Shown here piece by piece: positions 18,898 through 28,330 of a stretch of 64,000 bases of DNA. How positions within the stretch are numbered: the first letter of the stretch is position 1; each line of letters opens with the position of its first letter. A program made the position numbers and the translations under genes. The DNA is from an uncultured Azospirillaceae bacterium (GTDB taxonomy: Bacteria; Pseudomonadota; Alphaproteobacteria; RF32; CAG-239): assembly GCA_964395655.1 (NCBI GenBank), contig CAYNBB010000001.1, positions 7,121 to 71,120 on the forward strand, given 5' to 3'. The notes under the pieces were generated by a model, which worked only from the letters and a program-made list of their open reading frames with translations, was not told the origin of the DNA and searched no databases.

Positions 18898-19377
18898 ATG
18901 ACAAACAATCTGGACACTAAAGTTATCGGCAAACTGGCCGAGATTCTGGACAAGAACAACCTCACCGAGATTGAATACGAGGATGAAGGCTGTCGAATCT
19001 CCCTGAGCCGCGCCGTTCAGGGCACCGTAGCGACAATTGCAGCACCGTTGTCCGTTCCGGCTTCTTCGGCCGCTCCGGTACAGGTTTCGCCGACAGTCCA
19101 GCCTACCGCTCCGGCAGTTGACGGCGAAGACTACGCCAACGATCCGAATGCAGTCAAGTCTCCCATGGTCGGTGTGGTTTATCTGTCGGCCGATCCGAAC
19201 ACGCCGAATTACGTCAAACCCGGCGACAGTGTCAGAGAAGGCGACATCGTCTGCCTGATTGAAGCCATGAAAACATTCAATCCCGTTAAAGCCCACAAAT
19301 CCGGTTCCGTCAGCAAAATTTTGGTTGAAGGCGGCGATCCGGTCGAATACGGCCAGCCTTTGGTCATTATCGAATAA
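18898..19377 (+). CDS. accB: Acetyl-CoA carboxylase biotin carboxyl carrier protein
   Basis: C-terminal biotinyl domain with an EAMKT motif. A Pro/Ala linker precedes it. Followed directly by accC. Confidence 0.92.
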   Translation: MTNNLDTKVIGKLAEILDKNNLTEIEYEDEGCRISLSRAVQGTVATIAAPLSVPASSAAPVQVSPTVQPTAPAVDGEDYANDPNAVKSPMVGVVYLSADPNTPNYVKPGDSVREGDIVCLIEAMKTFNPVKAHKSGSVSKILVEGGDPVEYGQPLVIIE

Positions 19378-19405
19378 ACGGTTCTCATTTTAATAGGATT
19401 TTATC

Positions 19406-20752
19406 ATGTTTGAAAAAGTATTAATCGCCAACCGCGGCGAAGTCGCTTTGAGAATCCACCGCGCCTGTCGCGAGATGGGCATTAAGACCGTAGCAGTCCA
19501 TTCCGAAGCGGACGCCAACGCCATGCATGTGCGCCTGGCCGACGAGGCCGTCTGTATTGGTCCGGCTCGCTCTGCCGACTCTTATTTAAATAAGTCGGCG
19601 ATTATTTCTGCCGCCATCATCAGCGGCGCAGACGCTATTCACCCCGGTTTCGGCTTCTTGTCCGAAAACGCCGATTTCGCAGAAATGGTCGAAGAACACG
19701 GCATCACTTTTATCGGTCCCAGCGCCGAGCAGATGCGTCTGATGGGCGACAAAATAACCGCCCGCAAAGCCGCCGAGGAAGCCGGCATTCCGGTTACGCC
19801 CGGCTCGCCCGCCCTGGAGAGCGTCGAACACGCGATTGAATGGGCTCACAAAATCGGCTATCCGGTCATTGTCAAAGCAACGGCCGGCGGCGGCGGCAAA
19901 GGCATGAAAATCGCCTTTAACGACGACGAGATGAAAGAAGCCTACACCATGGCGCGCGCCGAAGCGAAAGCCGCTTTCACCAGCGACATCGTTTATATGG
20001 AAAAATATCTGCAAAAACCGCGGCATATCGAAATGCAGATCCTGGCTGACAAATACGGCCATGTGGTACACCTCGGCGAACGCGACTGTTCGATTCAGCG
20101 CAACAACCAAAAAGTGATTGAAGAAACGCCCTCGCCGGCTCTGAACGCCGAGCAGCGTCAGGAAATCGGCGACATCGTCCGCAAAGCGATTGAAAAAATC
20201 GGCTACACCAATGCCGGAACGCTTGAGTTTCTGTTTGAAGACGGCCGTTTCTACTTTATGGAGATGAACACCCGCTTGCAGGTAGAACACCCGATTACCG
20301 AGGCCGTTACCGGAATTGACATTGTCCGTGAGCAGATCCGCATTGCCAGCGGCGCAACGCTCGGCTACACGCAGGATGACATCACGTTTAGCGGTCACAC
20401 CATCGAATGCCGCATCAATGCCGAAGATCCCGAAACTTTTGCGCCCTGCCCCGGCAAGATTACCGAATGGCACGCGCCGGGAGGTTTGGGAATTCGCGTT
20501 GATTCCGAAATTTATTCAGGCTACAGCATTCCGCCGTTTTATGACAGCATGATTGCCAAGCTTATTGTCAGCGGAAAAACCCGCAATGCAGCGCTGATGC
20601 GTCTGCGCAGAGCTCTGGAAGAATTTGTGATTGACGGCGTCAAAACGACTATTCCGCTGCAACAGGACATTATTTCGCAGGCCGAATTTATCGACGGTCA
20701 GTATAATATTCACTGGCTTGAGAAATTCATGAATTCCCGCAATAAATCATAA
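19406..20752 (+). CDS. accC: Acetyl-CoA carboxylase biotin carboxylase subunit
   Basis: 448 aa. [17 protein letters not shown] start, ATP-grasp domain and biotin carboxylase C-terminal domain. Confidence 0.97.
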   Translation: MFEKVLIANRGEVALRIHRACREMGIKTVAVHSEADANAMHVRLADEAVCIGPARSADSYLNKSAIISAAIISGADAIHPGFGFLSENADFAEMVEEHGITFIGPSAEQMRLMGDKITARKAAEEAGIPVTPGSPALESVEHAIEWAHKIGYPVIVKATAGGGGKGMKIAFNDDEMKEAYTMARAEAKAAFTSDIVYMEKYLQKPRHIEMQILADKYGHVVHLGERDCSIQRNNQKVIEETPSPALNAEQRQEIGDIVRKAIEKIGYTNAGTLEFLFEDGRFYFMEMNTRLQVEHPITEAVTGIDIVREQIRIASGATLGYTQDDITFSGHTIECRINAEDPETFAPCPGKITEWHAPGGLGIRVDSEIYSGYSIPPFYDSMIAKLIVSGKTRNAALMRLRRALEEFVIDGVKTTIPLQQDIISQAEFIDGQYNIHWLEKFMNSRNKS

Positions 20753-20765
20753 TCTATTGTCCGAT

Positions 20766-20816
20766 GCCCGGAAATGTCTCGTCGCAATGAGGCGAGATAT
20801 TTCCGGGCGTTTTTTG
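20766..20816 (+). terminator. Rho-independent terminator of accBC
   Basis: Long GC-rich hairpin gcccggaaatgtctcgtcgcaatgaggcgagatatttccgggc followed by TTTTTT. Confidence 0.85.
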
Positions 20817-20840
20817 TGCTCGAGCTGAAACATACGGAAC

Positions 20841-20877
20841 CCGCCAAACAAAAACAGCCCCTCGTTACGAGGGGCTG
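20841..20877 (-). terminator. Rho-independent terminator of the flagellin gene
   Basis: Hairpin cagcccctcgtaacgaggggctg followed on the minus strand by TTTTTGTTT. Confidence 0.8.
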
Positions 20878-20903
20878 CCTTATTGTCTTTAGTTCTATCG
20901 AAA

Positions 20904-21956
20904 TCAGAACAGTTTCAAGACAGACTGAGAGGCCTGAGAAGCCAGAGACAGAGAGTTAATAGCCAACTGCTGTCTGGTCTGCAAAGCAAGCATGTTGGCA
21001 GACTCTTCGTTCATATCGGCCAGCGTCAGATTGTCTGCACCTTCGGTCAAAACGTTAATCAGGTTCTCGGTGAAATCCTGACGGTTTTGAACAATCGAAT
21101 AGTTGTTACCAAAGGTTGAAGCCATTGAACGCAAAGTACGAATTGCATCTTCAACCTGACCGATGGTCTCGCTGATCTTGGTTTTATCAATAGCACCAGG
21201 AACGGTTACTTCCGTCGTAGCTGCAGTTTTGGAAGCCGCTACGATATCGGCGTCCGAGCTGACCAGTTCAAACTTGCCGGCATCAAATGCGCCGATGGCT
21301 GTAGAACCATCACCAACCTCTTCCGTAGCCTTATAAAGTTTTCCGTCATAAACGACATAAGATCCTTGTGTGATCTTATTTGTGCTTGTCGCATCATAAT
21401 CGACGGAATTGGCGTTGATTTTGGTATCGGCACCGACCCAGTCAGCAGCCTCGGCGATTCCCAGAGACTGAGCATCGGCATTTCTTCCTTCAACGGTAAT
21501 CGAAGACGTACGACCTTCGTTGAAGGTAACCGTCAGGCTGTCGCCGTTCAGAAGGTTAACACCCTTGTAGCTGGCATCGCCGGACAACTGGGTAATCTGA
21601 GTACGGATTTCGTTAAACTGCTTCAAATAAGCTTCAACTTCTTCCGCATCGGCACTGTCCAAAGCGCTGTTGGCAACAGCTTTGGCCTGCTCGGCAAAAG
21701 ACGTGATAGAAGAGATCGCTTCGTCTGCGGCTTTAATGGTCTGAACGGCCTGACCCATGCTGTCAAGCAAAGCGCTCAAGTCGCTGGCGCGGTTGTTCAG
21801 GCTCTGAGCCGTATAGTAAGAAGACGGATTGTCGATAGCCGAGTTGACTTTGTTACCGGTGGACAGGCGTTCCTGAGTCGTGTCCATCAGGCTTTGGGTA
21901 TTCTGCAAAGACAAAAGGTTGGTACGCATACTTGCGGTAAGGGTAATGTCTGACAT
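20904..21956 (-). CDS. fliC: Flagellin
   Basis: Conserved flagellin N-terminus (MSDITLTASMRTNLLSLQNTQ...) and C-terminus (ANMLALQTRQQLAINSLSLASQASQSVLKLF). The start at 21956 has a GGAGA RBS; the upstream Met at 21986 lacks one. Confidence 0.9.
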   Translation of the reverse strand: MSDITLTASMRTNLLSLQNTQSLMDTTQERLSTGNKVNSAIDNPSSYYTAQSLNNRASDLSALLDSMGQAVQTIKAADEAISSITSFAEQAKAVANSALDSADAEEVEAYLKQFNEIRTQITQLSGDASYKGVNLLNGDSLTVTFNEGRTSSITVEGRNADAQSLGIAEAADWVGADTKINANSVDYDATSTNKITQGSYVVYDGKLYKATEEVGDGSTAIGAFDAGKFELVSSDADIVAASKTAATTEVTVPGAIDKTKISETIGQVEDAIRTLRSMASTFGNNYSIVQNRQDFTENLINVLTEGADNLTLADMNEESANMLALQTRQQLAINSLSLASQASQSVLKLF

Positions 21957-22018
21957 TGTTTTTCTCCAAATACTGTGGTTAAACATATCTGCGGCGCTCT
22001 ACTTGCGCTACAGATACT

Positions 22019-22047
22019 ATAGTAGCATAAAAAGTCCTCTTTGACAA
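22019..22047 (-). promoter_or_regulatory. Candidate sigma70-type flagellin promoter: -35 TTGTCA, 17-bp spacer, -10 TACTAT, giving a ~55-nt 5'UTR
   Basis: Read on the minus strand. No sigma54 or sigma28 consensus was found upstream of fliC. Confidence 0.35.
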
Positions 22048-22111
22048 GAAACTTTTTCACTGCTTTACCGTATACCACAGATATATGAATAAAAAATTAA
22101 GATTTAAAGAC

Positions 22112-22504
22112 TCAGCCCCGAAGCGCCTCGCCAAACAGCTCGTCTTCCTTTTCAAGCAGTTTGATTCCGGCTTTTATGGCTCCGTAATAGTCCTGATTGA
22201 TAATGCACTCATTAACCGGCGCAATATAAGGTATCAGGCTGTGAGCCGCCTTTTGCAAATCGCGAACATACTCCAGATACAGCTTCTGAAGTTCGGGCGT
22301 ACCGCCGGAAAGGTACATCTGCTGGACGATGAAATATACGCGGCGACTCGGCGTATTTGCATCTTTTTCGCGCAAAATAAACTTTTCGCGCAGAATCGGA
22401 ACATTGCCCTCAATATAAAAGCGGGTACGCTCGCCGTCATTGGTTATCAGCGACTCACCGATAATAATGCTTTCGTGAGGTTTGAGTTCAATTTTCAGGG
22501 GCAT
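22112..22504 (-). CDS. flbT: Flagellin synthesis regulator FlbT
   Basis: MPLKIELKPHESIIIG...ILREKFILREKDANTPSRRVYFIVQQMYL is co-linear with Caulobacter FlbT (MPLKLSLKPGEK...LREKDI...YFPVMMMYL). The start at the MPLK Met has an AAGGAGAAGG RBS. No flaF partner is present. Confidence 0.7.
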   Translation of the reverse strand: MPLKIELKPHESIIIGESLITNDGERTRFYIEGNVPILREKFILREKDANTPSRRVYFIVQQMYLSGGTPELQKLYLEYVRDLQKAAHSLIPYIAPVNECIINQDYYGAIKAGIKLLEKEDELFGEALRG

Positions 22505-22627
22505 CTGCCTTCTCCTTTGTTCCAAAAATCATAAAATTCGGCCTTATTATATAATTAAATTTATTTTTTTTGCAAATCTTTATTTTTTTATGTATAAACA
22601 GAGTGATTAATTTTGACGAGGACGTTT

Positions 22628-23050
22628 ATGAGCAGTTTTAAGAAGGAAATGAATCCGGAAGAAAAAATAACCTTTATGGAAGCGCTGACTTTTGCGCTTG
22701 ACTTTGACGGCGAACAATCTCCGATACAGCAGGAGCATTTGCTGCGGCAGGCGTTCGAGTGCTCTCTCTCGGCCGCGGAACTGAAAAAGGTCAAAAAGCT
22801 CAAGAAACCGGAAGATCTGATAAAAAGACTGAAAGACATTCCGCACAAAAAAACCAAAAGATTTATTGTCCGCGAGATGATTGTCATGGCGGTTCTCGAC
22901 CATGAGCTCAGCGACAAGGAAATGTGCACAATTTATGAAATCGGCACCGGCGCCGGCCTTAAGCAGGACAAAATAAACGACTTTTTCCTGTGGGCGGCCA
23001 AAGGCGTCGAATGGCAGATTGAAGGCGCGCATCTGGTAGAAGACGACTAG
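22628..23050 (+). CDS. TerB-like (tellurite-resistance/DjlA N-domain-like) small protein
   Basis: Helical protein with the MIVMAVLDHELSDKEMCTIYEIGTGAGL pattern typical of the TerB superfamily. The ATG at 22628 is preferred over the ORF tracker's TTG. Confidence 0.45.
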   Translation: MSSFKKEMNPEEKITFMEALTFALDFDGEQSPIQQEHLLRQAFECSLSAAELKKVKKLKKPEDLIKRLKDIPHKKTKRFIVREMIVMAVLDHELSDKEMCTIYEIGTGAGLKQDKINDFFLWAAKGVEWQIEGAHLVEDD

Positions 23051-23052
23051 CC

Positions 23053-24858
23053 ATGCAGGAACCCCCGATTTATACCCTCAAAGGCGTTTCGCTGGCCTTT
23101 GGCGACAATCAGCTGTTTGAAAACGTCGAGCTTTATGTCAACCGCGGCGACAAAGTTTCGCTTGTCGGTCGCAACGGTTCGGGAAAATCGACGCTGCTCA
23201 AGATCATTGCCGGAATCCTTGAACCGGACAACGGCGAGATTTTTGCCCAGCCCGGAATCAAAATCGCCTATATGCCGCAGGAACCGGATTTGAACAAATA
23301 TCCGACCCTGCGCGACGTCGTGCGCTCAGGCCTCAAAGACAATCCTGCCAATCAGGAATACAAAGCCGACATCTGGATTGAAAAGCTCGGCATTCTCGAC
23401 CGCCAAGAGACCAAAAGCGCCTCAGGCGGCGAACAGCGCAAAGCCGCTCTGGCCAAAGCTCTGATTGACGACCCCGACATTCTGCTGCTTGACGAACCGA
23501 CCAATCATCTTGACATCAGCACGATTGAAAAGCTCGAAAAAATCATTGCCGATTTTGCCGGCGCAGTCATTCTCATCTCGCATGACCGGATGTTTCTGGA
23601 ACATACCTCGACCACTACTTTCTGGCTTGACCGCGGCAAGATGTACCGCAGTAACAAAGGCTTCAAGTTTTTTGAAGAGTGGCAGGAACAGATTATCAAT
23701 CAGGAAATTATTGAACAAACCAACCTCAACAAAAAAATCGCCGAAGAAACCGAGTGGCTGCATAAAGGCGTAACAGCCAGACGCCGCAGAAACATGGGAC
23801 GTCTGCGCCGGTTGCAGCAACTGCGCGCCGAACGCCGCGAACAAATAAAGCAGGTCGGAAACATCAATCTGAATCTGGAAGAAGGCGATTTTCGATCCAA
23901 GCTTGTCATTGAGGCCAAGCATATTGCAAAAAAATTCGGCGAGCGCGAGATTATCAAAGACTTTTCAACCCGTATCATCAAAGGAAACAAGATAGGCATC
24001 GTCGGCCCCAACGGTGCCGGGAAAACCACGCTGGTCAAACTTCTGACCAAACGACTTGAACCGGACTCCGGCTTTGTGCGCATCGGCAAAAATCTCGACG
24101 AAGCCTATTTTGACCAAAACAGGATGTCGCTCGATCCCAAGAAAACCCTGTGGCAAACCTTATGCGACAAAGGCGATCACATTATGGTGCACGGACACTA
24201 TCGTCATGTCGTGGCCTACCTTAAGGATTTTTTGTTCAAGCCGGCGCAGGCGCATTGTCCGGTAGCAGCGCTTTCGGGCGGCGAGAAAAACCGTCTGATG
24301 CTGGCCGTCGCGCTGGCGCAACCGTCCAATTTTCTGGTACTCGACGAACCGACCAACGATCTGGACATGGATACGCTGGATCTCTTGCAGGAAGTGCTCG
24401 ACGATTATGCCGGTACAGTGCTGATTGTCAGCCATGACCGCGACTTTCTGGATCGCATCGTAACCTCCATTATTTACATGAAAGGCGACGGTACGCTTTA
24501 TGAACATGCCGGAAGCTACACCGAGTTGCTCGAAAAAATATCCGCTCGGACAGATAAACCCGAGGTCAAAAAAGGACAATCCAAAACCGCCGCCAAGCCC
24601 GTGCCGAAAAACAGCAAGCCTCAGAAACTCAGTTACAACCAACAGCGCCTGCTCGGCGTTCTGCCGCGGGAAATAGAGGTTTTGGAACAGGAAATCGCAG
24701 AGATTGAAGCCGCTTTGTCCGACGCCGGCCTTTATGCGCGCGACGCACAGCGTTTTAACGAACTCAGCACCGCCCATGCCGAAAAAGTCGCAAACAAGGA
24801 AGCCAAAGAAAACCAATGGTTGGAATTGCAGATTCTGGCAGAAGAAATCAACGCTTAG
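23053..24858 (+). CDS. ABC-F family ATPase (Uup/EttA-like, two ABC domains plus C-terminal coiled coil)
   Basis: Two Walker A sites (GRNGSGKST; GPNGAGKTT) and two LSGGE signatures. No TM domain. C-terminal coiled-coil tail. Confidence 0.9.
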   Translation: MQEPPIYTLKGVSLAFGDNQLFENVELYVNRGDKVSLVGRNGSGKSTLLKIIAGILEPDNGEIFAQPGIKIAYMPQEPDLNKYPTLRDVVRSGLKDNPANQEYKADIWIEKLGILDRQETKSASGGEQRKAALAKALIDDPDILLLDEPTNHLDISTIEKLEKIIADFAGAVILISHDRMFLEHTSTTTFWLDRGKMYRSNKGFKFFEEWQEQIINQEIIEQTNLNKKIAEETEWLHKGVTARRRRNMGRLRRLQQLRAERREQIKQVGNINLNLEEGDFRSKLVIEAKHIAKKFGEREIIKDFSTRIIKGNKIGIVGPNGAGKTTLVKLLTKRLEPDSGFVRIGKNLDEAYFDQNRMSLDPKKTLWQTLCDKGDHIMVHGHYRHVVAYLKDFLFKPAQAHCPVAALSGGEKNRLMLAVALAQPSNFLVLDEPTNDLDMDTLDLLQEVLDDYAGTVLIVSHDRDFLDRIVTSIIYMKGDGTLYEHAGSYTELLEKISARTDKPEVKKGQSKTAAKPVPKNSKPQKLSYNQQRLLGVLPREIEVLEQEIAEIEAALSDAGLYARDAQRFNELSTAHAEKVANKEAKENQWLELQILAEEINA

Positions 24859-25409
24859 TTTTTGAGCACGGCTTTGCCGTCCATAATCAGATTAACCTGA
24901 TATAAATTGGCCTTAATCAAAGCCAGTTCCTTGGGGTTTACCTTTATCAGCCCGAGCTGCTCTTCCTGATTGCGGATGATGTTTTTGAGATTTTCATTGC
25001 CGCCCATCTTTTTGGACAGCAGACGGTTGGCATTAAGATTGTTTTCCAGAGCCGCGGCATTGAGAAGCTCGCGGATTTTCTGCTCATTGTAGAAAAAGCG
25101 CTCGACATTCCAGCCCTGACGCCTGAGCCAGCGCACCAGCTGCGGCGGAAAACCGTCTTCGGCGCCGCGACTGCTCAGCGAAAGCTGCCTGGAGCCGTAA
25201 CCGCCTATATCTTTGCGTATAAATTCCGACCAGACATTCAAAAACGCGTTCAGCTCATCTAAAGACAGGATTTGTTCCGGCTCGGGACGATTACCGTAAG
25301 AACCGCCGAAACGTCCCAGCTCCGCCAGCGGCGTAGTCAGGACGACCGCCAGCAGCACAAAAGACGCCATCAATATCAGAATTTTCTTTTTGCGCTGCAC
25401 GATTACCAC
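24855..25409 (-). CDS. Hypothetical membrane-anchored protein (184 aa)
   Basis: N-terminal hydrophobic anchor ILILMASFVLLAVVLTTPLA. No family assigned. Confidence 0.5.
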   Translation of the reverse strand: MVIVQRKKKILILMASFVLLAVVLTTPLAELGRFGGSYGNRPEPEQILSLDELNAFLNVWSEFIRKDIGGYGSRQLSLSSRGAEDGFPPQLVRWLRRQGWNVERFFYNEQKIRELLNAAALENNLNANRLLSKKMGGNENLKNIIRNQEEQLGLIKVNPKELALIKANLYQVNLIMDGKAVLKN

Positions 25410-26263
25410 CTGAAATTGGAAATGACAAAATTGGGCGAAGCGTCATAATTGTTGGAGAGTTCACGGGTTTTGGCCACGTCGGGAATATAGCCCTCGCCAA
25501 GATAATTTACATGGACGCCCTTGCTGATGAGAACTGAATCCCAACCCAGCGCGACGGCGGCTTTGACGTCAGTGGCGATATTGTCGCCGACAACAAGAAT
25601 ACGCCCGGTATCGGAAAGGCTGTCCAGGCAATATCTGAACAAACGGACGTCAGGCTTGCCCAGTGTGATAATCCTCCCTCCCATAACGGCATACTGTTCG
25701 GCGACTGCCCCCGGCGCCAAGCAGATTTTGCCGTTTCGGAAACAGGAAGTGTCATTTCCGACACAGACAAAAGGAACGCCGAGACTGGCCGCGTGCTCCA
25801 GCAACGGACGATACGAATCTATCGTATCGTTGACATCGGCAACGCCGCTCATATAGATGAAATGCGCGTTTTCAACCCCGGCAACTTCGAAATAATCCAA
25901 ACCGGAAAAAACGCCGGCCGGATCAGCGGCGCCGAGACGATAATAGTCGGTGCCGAGCGCGGCATAAGCGCCGCTACGGCTTTTCAAGAAATAATGCAGC
26001 ACTTCTCCGGCAGTCATAATGCAGGCAAAACGAGCCGGCGCAATACCCGACTTTTGCAAAATACCGGCCAACTGAGCGACACGCAACGCCGTGTCAGACA
26101 GCAGCACGACTTTCTTTTTGTTTTCAAACAGATTGTTCAGGCAGGCGGCAGCCTCCGGCAAAATGCCGTCTCCTTCCGTCAAAACGCCGTCAAAACCGAG
26201 AACAAAAGTGTCATAATCATCGGCTATTTTGGCAATATTCACGATGGGTTTTATCATTTTCAT
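25403..26263 (-). CDS. HAD-superfamily subfamily IIA hydrolase
   Basis: DxD-type N-terminus (FVLGFDGVL), K...GKP and GDN..TD motifs typical of HAD-IIA. Confidence 0.75.
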   Translation of the reverse strand: MKMIKPIVNIAKIADDYDTFVLGFDGVLTEGDGILPEAAACLNNLFENKKKVVLLSDTALRVAQLAGILQKSGIAPARFACIMTAGEVLHYFLKSRSGAYAALGTDYYRLGAADPAGVFSGLDYFEVAGVENAHFIYMSGVADVNDTIDSYRPLLEHAASLGVPFVCVGNDTSCFRNGKICLAPGAVAEQYAVMGGRIITLGKPDVRLFRYCLDSLSDTGRILVVGDNIATDVKAAVALGWDSVLISKGVHVNYLGEGYIPDVAKTRELSNNYDASPNFVISNFRW

Positions 26264-26364
26264 CCGTTTATTCCCGCTAAAAAACTCTTAATTTTTTGAC
26301 AGAATAAAAGAATATGCGCCAAAAGACAAGGAAATAAAGCGACTTTTACGCCGTTTTCAAAGAC

Positions 26365-27576
26365 TTATTTTTTGATACGGCGATATGCTTCCAGCGCCTG
26401 CGGAATCGGCGTCAAAACTCGTTCCAATACACCTTTGAGTTCGGAAATGCAGACACCGTAGTTGGTTATCGGCACGCCGGCCTGTTCGCAACGGTTGATG
26501 CGCGAGAGCATGGTTCGCCGGTTATGCATGCAGCCGCCACACTGAACAACCAGCCTGTACTGCGCCAAATCGGCAGGGAAATCAAGCCCGGCGGTATGGT
26601 CAATTATCAGTTTTTTTCCCGTTTTCTGCGCGAGCCAGCGCGGTATTTTGACACGGCCGATGTCATCTTCCGCCGCGTGATGCGTGCAGGATTCGGCGAT
26701 AAGGATTTTGTCGCCGTCTTCCAGTTTCGAAATTGCCGCTGCCCCCTCGACCAGCCTGACAATATCACCTTTGAGCCGGGCAAACAAAATCGAAAAAGTG
26801 GTGCACGGAACATTTGCCGGGGTATTGGCAACCATAAAATCAACCACCTGAGAATCGCAGATGACCAGCGCGGGCGGATTTTTCATATTGTCGAGCGCGG
26901 CCGAATATTCGCTTTCCTTGACAACGGTGACAATCTGCGAATTATCCAGTCCGTCGCGGATGGCCTGTACCTGCGGCAGGATTATGCGCCCCTTGGGCGC
27001 CTCAAAATCTATCGGCACAATCATGATTACCTGACTGTGCGCCGGCGCCAAATCGCCGAAAACGGTCGGCGTGTCGATAAATTCCTCGGGACAGACTTTT
27101 ATCAATTCGGCTTTGAGGCGGTTCAATACTTCGTTGCGCGACGATCTGTCAACGGAATTAACCGCTATTCCTTCGTTGTCGGCAATCGGACAAACATCGG
27201 CTTTGTTATAAATTTTAATCAAAGGCAGTTTGCGTTTTTCGGCCTCATCAATGATATTTTGCTCATAACGGCCGATCCGGCTGCCCTCGCAAACCAGCAG
27301 CACAATGTCGGCGCGGTCAAAAACAGCCTTTGTCTTTTCAAGCCTTTTGTATGAAAGCTCCGTCATATCGCCGAATCCGGCGGTATCCAGCCAGACAACG
27401 GGGCCGAGCGGAAGAAGTTCCTGCGTTTTTTCAACAACGTCGGTCGTGGTGCCGGCTTCGCCGGAGGTAATGGAAACATCCTGTCCGCTGACAAGATTTA
27501 AGAAACTCGATTTTCCGCTGTTGACGCGCCCCATCAGGGCGATGTGAAGACGCAGGGACTTTGGCGTTGTCTGCAT
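26365..27576 (-). CDS. hydF: HydF-family GTPase ([FeFe]-hydrogenase maturation GTPase-like)
   Basis: N-terminal Ras-like GTPase motifs (GRVNSGKSS, T, DTAG, NKAD). C-terminal FeS-ligand pattern ESCTHH...QCGGCMHN matching the HydF CxH...CxxC arrangement. Confidence 0.65.
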   Translation of the reverse strand: MQTTPKSLRLHIALMGRVNSGKSSFLNLVSGQDVSITSGEAGTTTDVVEKTQELLPLGPVVWLDTAGFGDMTELSYKRLEKTKAVFDRADIVLLVCEGSRIGRYEQNIIDEAEKRKLPLIKIYNKADVCPIADNEGIAVNSVDRSSRNEVLNRLKAELIKVCPEEFIDTPTVFGDLAPAHSQVIMIVPIDFEAPKGRIILPQVQAIRDGLDNSQIVTVVKESEYSAALDNMKNPPALVICDSQVVDFMVANTPANVPCTTFSILFARLKGDIVRLVEGAAAISKLEDGDKILIAESCTHHAAEDDIGRVKIPRWLAQKTGKKLIIDHTAGLDFPADLAQYRLVVQCGGCMHNRRTMLSRINRCEQAGVPITNYGVCISELKGVLERVLTPIPQALEAYRRIKK

Positions 27577-27580
27577 TTGC

Positions 27581-28330
27581 TTATTCCTTTATACCATAAC
27601 CGGACAATCGTTTGATGACATAATTGGCCAGAGTGAGACCGAATATTGCCGTAATGGTCGGCAGCGAGCCCATAGTATTGCGGCTGCGCCCTTCCTTTGC
27701 CTCGGTCTCAAACATCTGAACGGCCGTCTCCGGGAGATTGACCTGTTCATCCGAAAAGACACTCATAATCGAAGATATGTCTACACCTCTTTTGCGCAAA
27801 CGTTTACGGATAAATTTTGCCAATCCACAGTTTTTGCTGCCGCTCAGCGGCGCGCAGCGAATACAGGACGCATCGCTTTTGAGCGCGGCGCCCATGGACG
27901 AAACAAACGGGATCCCGCGGTTATACAGTTCTTCCATCAGGCAGCATTTGGGGTTGAGCGCGTCTATCGCGTCAATTACATAGTCCGCTTTGCGTTCAAG
28001 CAGTGCCGGCAGCGTTTCGGCATTGACAAACATGTCGACGGTTTCGACATTGCAGCCGGGATTAATGTCCAGAACGCGTTCTTTGGCCACTTCGGTCTTT
28101 TTGCGGCCGACGGTGCTGTCCAGAGCCAATATCTGGCGGTTGACGTTGCTCTCTTCAAAGACGTCAAAATCAACCAATATCAGCCGTCCTACCCCGGCGC
28201 GGGCAACAGCCTCGAGCGCATAGCCGCCGACGGCGCCGAGTCCGACAATCATCACGGAAGCGTTTTTGAGCCTTTTCATACCGGTTCGACCGAGCAACAT
28301 CTCGGTACGCAAAAAACGATTTTCAGACAT
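27581..28330 (-). CDS. tcdA: tRNA threonylcarbamoyladenosine dehydratase TcdA (ThiF/MoeB-like E1 fold)
   Basis: GLGAVGG Rossmann motif, LILVDFDVFEESNVNRQ, and a CxxC-less C-terminus as in CsdL/TcdA. The start at 28330 has a GGAG RBS. Confidence 0.8.
   Translation of the reverse strand: MSENRFLRTEMLLGRTGMKRLKNASVMIVGLGAVGGYALEAVARAGVGRLILVDFDVFEESNVNRQILALDSTVGRKKTEVAKERVLDINPGCNVETVDMFVNAETLPALLERKADYVIDAIDALNPKCCLMEELYNRGIPFVSSMGAALKSDASCIRCAPLSGSKNCGLAKFIRKRLRKRGVDISSIMSVFSDEQVNLPETAVQMFETEAKEGRSRNTMGSLPTITAIFGLTLANYVIKRLSGYGIKE

Noticed and set aside
19586-20473. 295-aa minus-strand ORF inside accC
   Set aside because: It is antisense to the highly conserved biotin carboxylase. A GC-rich shadow ORF.
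20467-20486. TGGCACGCGCC (sigma54 -24-like) inside accC
   Set aside because: No TTGC at the -12 position, and it is intragenic. Chance match.
22085-22534. 149-aa plus-strand ORF
   Set aside because: It is antisense to flbT, which has a clear homology signal and RBS. No independent support.
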